Below, piece after piece: positions 56,618 through 64,000 of a stretch of DNA of 64,000 nucleotides. Origin of the DNA: Neocallimastix sp. 'constans' (taxonomy: Eukaryota). The translations under genes and the position numbers were made by a program. Position 1 is the first letter of the stretch; each line of letters begins with the position of its first letter. The notes below the pieces were generated by a model. The model saw nothing but the letters and a program-made list of their open reading frames with translations, did not search any database and had not been told where the DNA came from. The DNA is taken from contig JBODTK010000013.1 of the NCBI GenBank assembly GCA_050613775.1, forward strand, positions 1,302,001 through 1,366,000. The letters are read 5' to 3'.

Positions 56618-59600
56618 ATACATTAAAATTAATTATTTATTAAAATTTATATATATAAAAATAATAAATAATAATACTAAAGTTAAAAATCAATTATCAA
56701 TATATATTTTAAATTTAATAAAATTATTTTATAATATTATAATATATTAAGTGATGAATTGCCGTATAATATAGTACTTAAATTACTTTATATTGATTAT
56801 TTATTATTCAATTGAATTTTTAATATTGTACATTAACGCCACCAATATATGGATAATCCATAGCTGTATATATTATAAATATAAATATCATATATTATTA
56901 TTATAATAATTATATATTTAAAAGTAATTGAATTATTAAATAAAATTTTATAAAAATAAAGTTCTACATATTTTGTTTATATAATATTTAAATTTTTAAA
57001 TATATTTGTTTATATAATAACAATAAAATTAATATAAATAGAATAATTAAAAAAATATTAATATATTAAATATAAATATAAAAAAATAAAAGTATTATAT
57101 TCAACAATACATAGTTTCATCGTAATGTAAAATTTTTTATTTATTTAAATATATTACTATTAATGTATAATAATATATTACTATATAATGTAATATATTT
57201 ATATATTTAATAAATCTATTATTGAATATGTACTGTATATTGAAGTACTATATTTATATATATATATTTAATTAATTATAATATATATTAATGATAAAAA
57301 AATTTTTTTATTCTACGTTCAATATCCTAATATTATTAATATTTATGAAAATGCAACAGCCAATAAATTGTAAAATGTAAAAGAATGTATTTACATCCAA
57401 AAGAAATAAAAAAATAAAAAAATTCTAGGTTAAAGAAAATAATTAAAAAAAATAAATAATTTTTAATAATAAAAATAATAGTATTTTTTTTTTTTGTCTA
57501 GATTAAGAGTATATATACATATACTATATTTACTAATAGTATATAACAATTTTTATTTGATTAAACATTTTACCTAAATTAAAAATGAAATACTTTTTTT
57601 CTTACAAATTATACATTATTTTTTATATAGGACCCTTTTTTATTATAATATAATTATAATGAACATTATCAATAACATCATCATAATAATTATTTTTTAT
57701 TTTATAATTATCAGAAAATCAATTTTAAAAATTGATATAATATATAATTTCTATTTTTAGGTATATTAGAAATTTAATCTAAATAATTAATTTAAATATT
57801 TATAATTTATTATTTAATAAATAAATAAATAAATAAATAAATAAAAGAAAAAAAAAAGTGTTTTATTCGTTCTATAAAATTACGAATTTCATAATTATAA
57901 GGAAAAAAAAATTTTTTTTTTTCCTTATTATTATTGTTTTTTCTAATTAAATTTATATTTTTATTATTATTTATTTGAGAATTCTATAAGTACTTATATA
58001 AACCATCATTGAAAAATTTTATATATACTGAAAAATTGTATTATTTTTATCTATATTTTAAATATTAATATTATTTAGTTTTTTAACAACTTTATTTATT
58101 TAGAATAAAAAAAAAAAAAAAAAAAACAAGTGAAGTATAATCTTAATTTACATTGATAATAATGATACATTATTTTTAAAATGACTCTTTAAACGTCAAG
58201 AATTATCCAAATATCGATAATTTTTTTTTAAAAAAAAAAATCAAAAATAGTAAAAGGCTTCGCACTTCAAATGGGTAATTAATAAAAATTAAATAAACAA
58301 ATGTATTTTTTTTTTTTTTTTAGCGTTATTAAAAAAAATTTAAACTTTTTTTTCTTTAAAAAAAAAAAAAAAACGGTCTATACTTTTTTAAACTGCTTTT
58401 TTTTCTTATTTTATTTTATTTTTTTTTTAAAAAAAATAATATTGAACTATAATTATAATAATTTATTATAAATACATTTTTTATACTATAGCAATAAATT
58501 TTATTTTATTTTATTTTTTTTTTTTAATACTTTTTTCAAAATGGCACTTTTAATTAATTATAAACATTATTAAAGTTAATTTTAATCTAATTATATAGTG
58601 TTTTTTTTTTTTTTTTTTTTCTTAATGTTTTTTTATTAATAATTATAATATTGTTATAATTATTATATATATTATAACAATATTATAAATAACATTAAAA
58701 ATATAAAATTTAATTATTAACTAAAATAACAGAAAAAAGTTATATAATAATAACTATTCATAAATATTTTTATAAAACATAAAAATAATGTTGTATTAAC
58801 GTTTGAGTAATTTTTATTTTTCTATTAATAATTATATATATAAACTATTTTTTTTTATATATATTAATTAACAAATTTTAATTAATTATCTAATTAAAAA
58901 TTTCAACACATTTTTTAGTGATTAAAGTTTTAAAATTTAATTTTTAATTTTTTATATTTTTACTATAAGGAGTATAAAAATTTAAATAATTAAAAAAAAA
59001 TTACAAATTAATATATTAATTATATATATTATTGAAATACAATAACATTTTAATTCATATAATTTATTATTAAATAAAGTTATTTATTTATATATATTTT
59101 TTATTTTTCATTTTAATTAGCTTGAAAAAAAAAAAAATATTTAAAAGATTATCAATAAAAATTAAAATAAAAAAAAATTATAATAATAAAATCAAATAAA
59201 AAAAAAAAAAAAAAAAACTTATTTAAATATCTATTATTACTTATTAAAAATAGAAACTAAATGGATATTTTTATTAGAGTTTATGCCAGTATTTACAAGT
59301 TTATTTTTTTTTTTAATAAAATAATTATATTTAAAATTTGAAAAACTTTATTAATATTTTTTTCATTTAAATTAATAATTATACTATATTTCATTTGAAA
59401 CTATTATTTATACAAAATTAAGATTATATATAACAGATAAATAAATCGATGCTTATCTAATTTATTTTTATTATTAATAATATTAATGATAAATATATTG
59501 AAAAAGAGAAAAGATATTTAAAACAAGGGTCCATTTAAAATGTAAATTAAAAATTATTTAAAAATATTTAAAAAAATTTTTTTTAAAAAAAAAAAAAAGT

Positions 59601-59830
59601 TAAATCTTAGAAATGCCGTTAATATAATTAACTAACTATTCATTTTATTTTAAAGAAAATATGCATACTATTAAAACTTCAAAAAAAAAAATTTTTTTAT
59701 TTTAAGAATTTACCACTTTTATGGAAAGAAAATTAATATTAGAAAATAAAATTTTTATGTATAATTTTAATCATTCTTTTTAATAAAGAGATTAATATTC
59801 ATATATAATGATATATATTAATATTTATTT

Positions 59831-59863
<33 letters not shown>

Positions 59864-61989
59864 AATTAATAATATTAATTTCTTTTATATATATATATAC
59901 TAGGAATAAACTTTATTTATTAATATTTATTTAAAAATATATGAAAATAAAAATGCATAAAATTTTACATTAATTCAAAATAAAAAATTAAATAATAATT
60001 ATAATAATAACACTTAAATAAGAAAATATTTTAACCGTAACAGTTTTGCAAATAAAATTATCTTATTAAGTTTTTTAATTGCTTTAATTTTTATACCTTT
60101 TCGTTAATATATGAATCTTTTTTTTTTTATTTTATCTTATTTTTATTTTTAAATACATATATTATACATTATTTATTATGGAAATCTTAAATAGTAATCT
60201 AAGGAGAATTATAGCTTAAAACTTTGCTGAGTATTATTTTTTAAAAATCTATTCATAGTTTAATAGCGGCAAGATTTTTTTAAACACTTTATTATTATAA
60301 AAAGTTATTAGACCTAATTTGGTTAATTTATAATCATTATATATCTATTATTTTATATAAAAATAATAATAAAAAAATAAATTATTAAATAAAAAAAATT
60401 ATACATATATATTACGGTTAATTTTTGTTCTAAAAATAGAATGATATCGATTATAAATAAGCTTATAACATCAAAAGAAAGGAAACTATTATTAAAGTTT
60501 TTTTCTTTATAATTTTTATCGATATCATATTTATTTTAAAGTAGAATAAATAAAACCTTATATTTTACTATTATAAAAATAGTAACACGATGGAAATTTA
60601 TTTAATAATCATTTGTTAATATAATGTTTTTTTTTTTTTTTTTTTTTTTATGATTTGTACAAAAAAAAATAAATATATAAATTTTTTTTATTTTTATTTT
60701 AAATTATTAATAAATCAAACAATTTTTTTATAAAAAAAATTGAAAAAAACTCCTTTAGTTTGTATACTCTAATAATAAAAAATGTTACAACTAACCGAAT
60801 TTCAAATAATTTCATTCTTATAATTTTTAGACTAATTAATTGTAGTAATATGAATTAATAAAATTTTCATTTTTTAAATAAAAAATGATATTATAATTTA
60901 ATTAATATTGTGTTTATTATTATTAGTATTAATTTAATATTATATATGATATTTAATTTATTTTTATTTTTTTAATTTCAAAATTTATAATTATTATTAT
61001 TTTTATTTATTTATTAATTTTTTGTTTTTATTATAATGAATACTTCAAAAATAAATTGTGAATTATTCCAATATACTAGTTCTATATATGTCACAATATA
61101 TAACATGTATATTTTACATATTATAATATATATTATTATATTAATATTAATTATATTTTATATATATCAATTTTATGATTTTTTTTTAAAAAAAAAAAAA
61201 ATACATTTCATTAATAATAAATGAATATATAATAAGTTAAAAAAAAGTTCTATTAATTGTTAATTTAATTAAAATATGAGATTCTATTTTATTTCAATAC
61301 ATTAGAATATATATTAATGGTTGATATTTACTAAATATAAATAAATAAATTATTTTTTTTTTATATCCAACGTATTTCTCATATCCATTTTCTAATTTAA
61401 TATTAAGTACAGATATTAAATTTAAATTAATTATTTCTAATATAGTTAAAATTTTAATTAAATCCACATAATATAAATATATAAATAAATTAAAAAAAAG
61501 TGATTAATTATTAATAGATAAAATAAATTGAATTTTATTTTAAATAAAAAAAAAATTTTTTTTTTATAATTAAATTTTATATATACATAAAATATGCACA
61601 TGAGCATTAAAGGTTCTATATATTAAATTTAAATTTTATGGAAAATTTAAACCATATAATGATTTTTAAATCTCATTAAAAAATTTTTTTATTAATCTAA
61701 GAAGGTAATTAACATAAATAATGTTCCAAACCATTTATTATCAGTAACATTCATCGACCTAGTTTTTAATTAAGTATCAAATCATCATACTGTAGAATAA
61801 AATAATAGAATATTGTTATTATGACATTCCATAATTAATATTAATGATTAAGGTAGGTTATTCATAAGATATATTATTAATATTTTCAAGAAATTTTATT
61901 AATAAATTTGATTTAATATTAAATATTTAATATAATAAAAATAAAATATTATAAAATAAGTTAATAAGATGTTTTTTTCTTTTTTCTTT

Positions 61990-62030
<41 letters not shown>

Positions 62031-64000
62031 TGATGTAAATAAGGGTTGAATAAATAAAACGAAAAGTGGCTATTAAAGTTTTTTTTTTATTGTTATTAAA
62101 ATTTTTACTAATAAATTCAACTCTAAATGTAAAAATTTTATTTATAGTTAAATTTATTGTAACAAGTTTTATTTTGTAATAAATTTTAAAAAAAATATTA
62201 TTATATTAAAAAATAAAAAAAGAAACTTTATACAATCCACGTAATATTAAAATTCAATATGGAGATTGACTTTTATTTTAAAAGCATTAAATCAAAATAA
62301 TTCGAAGAAAAAATATACTTGGCAAAGATTAAGTTCTTAATTTCTTTAAAAAGTTTATTTTATTATTATTTGTAAAATTATTATTATTACTATTATTGTT
62401 TATAAAATTATCTTTATTATTATTATTATTATATATTTTTAATATAAACTTTAAATTATTATTATTATTATGTTTTTTTATGTGTATTTTTTTTGTACGT
62501 TTCTTTTATAATATAACAATATAATTTTAAAAAGTTTTATATTATTGAAACTAAAAAATGTATATTTATTAACATAAAAGTTTATAACCATTTCTAAAAA
62601 TTAAAAATAAAATTATTACATATATATATAAAACAATCTCCAAAAATAAATATTATATAGACAAGAGTGAAAGAAATATAATTTTAATTCTCTAAAATCA
62701 TATTGAATAATAAAATTTATGAAAATATTTCTAATATTTCTTTAAAACAATTTTTCTAATAATTTCGTTGTTTAAAATCATGTTAATTATTTAAAAAAAA
62801 TATATAAATAAAAAATATATATATTTCTATTATTTGAATTAAAATAATAAGGCTATATTATTTTACTGTTGAAACTCCTTTTTTATTAATTATTATTTTG
62901 AATTAAATACTTAAGAGTATTATAGTTTTTTTTTTTTTTTTTTGAAATAAACATAATTGAAATTAGTTTTATTAACAATTATTCCATTCATTTGAATTTT
63001 TTTAATAAAATTTAAATTTTATTAGGTAATATTTTACGTATACATTGTAAAACAAATTCTATATTTATATTTTGACGTATATTATATATATCTCTTTCAT
63101 ATATTATATAATATTAATATTATATTCAATTACATTATAAAAAATTATTAATAAATTTTTAATAAAAAAAATAAATTATTGTAAGTACCAAAATTAACTT
63201 TGGAATTTTTTATTAATATACTATACTACATTATTTTATTATACGACCTATAATATAATATTAAATGTCGAAAATATATTCCTATTTAAACGTTATTTTT
63301 AAATGAAGCTTTGTTTTGCTTTTCTATATATGGTAATTAATAAAAATTGTGTAAAAAAAGAATCAGAATAATAAATATAAATTTTTTAATGGAATATATA
63401 TAAATAATTTAATTAATTTTTAAGTTTCATTTAATTATTAATATATAAAGAAAAATAATATTTAAGTTGTTTGTATTTGAATGAAAAATATAATTCTAAC
63501 CCTTATTAACAATATCTATAAAATATACGTATTGTAACTAATTAAAACAGAAAAGTTTTTCAACCAAAATTGATAGAAGAATAATAAGTTCGGAATAAAA
63601 ATAAAAAATAAATTATTTATATATAAATTTATTTCTTTAACTAATTGAATAATGGATCAACCATTTAAATTTTTTTAAAAAAGTATATATTAAACATAAA
63701 AAATGTAAAATAAATTATGTATTCTTTTTAATACAATACATTTTTTTGAATAATGTTATAAAATTTTTATACAATATTTTTTTTGAAATATTTATATATG
63801 TATTTTTTTTATTTCCTAGTTTTTTTGTTATTTTTTTTTTTGTGTACAATTTTAATAAAAATATACTTTAATTTACTACTTATTAATAATGAAAAATGTT
63901 ATTGTCATTTCATTAACATTTAGGTGTAAATACTGACAAAAAATTTTAATTAGAATATGCTAAATAAATATAATTTTGTAATTTGAAAAAACAATATTTT

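Noticed and set aside
56620..64000. 7-kb region without genes, including slightly more complex patches near 61600-61870
   Set aside because: No exon chain, repeat match or structure that I could support.

Overview
Extremely AT-rich, intron-rich eukaryotic DNA with long poly-A/T and (AAT)n tracts. The composition and gene content fit an anaerobic gut fungus (Neocallimastigomycota); this is an inference. Spliced genes reconstructed by eye: an orphan gene running off the left edge (-), an OSR1/SPAK-like STE20 kinase (-), a PAK/Ste20 kinase with CRIB domain (-), a highly degenerate PMT/MIR-domain protein (+), LAMTOR3 (-), CYC8/SSN6 (-), ATG12 (-), and an intronless secreted DPBB (loosenin/expansin-like) + CBM35-like protein (-). 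The 45.4-54.0 kb region is a patchwork. It holds a decayed RAD50 3' fragment and a frameshifted, near full-length APE-RT LINE. The LINE is flanked by two copies of a ~0.9-1 kb cassette, each carrying a different inserted snippet at the same junction; one snippet is an exact 103-bp copy of DNA upstream of the neighbouring DPBB gene. Two isolated GC-richer islands look like structured ncRNAs; the one at 17.9-18.1 kb resembles snR30/U17 and has three segments complementary to 18S ES6. Exon boundaries and homology calls are manual and no searches were run.
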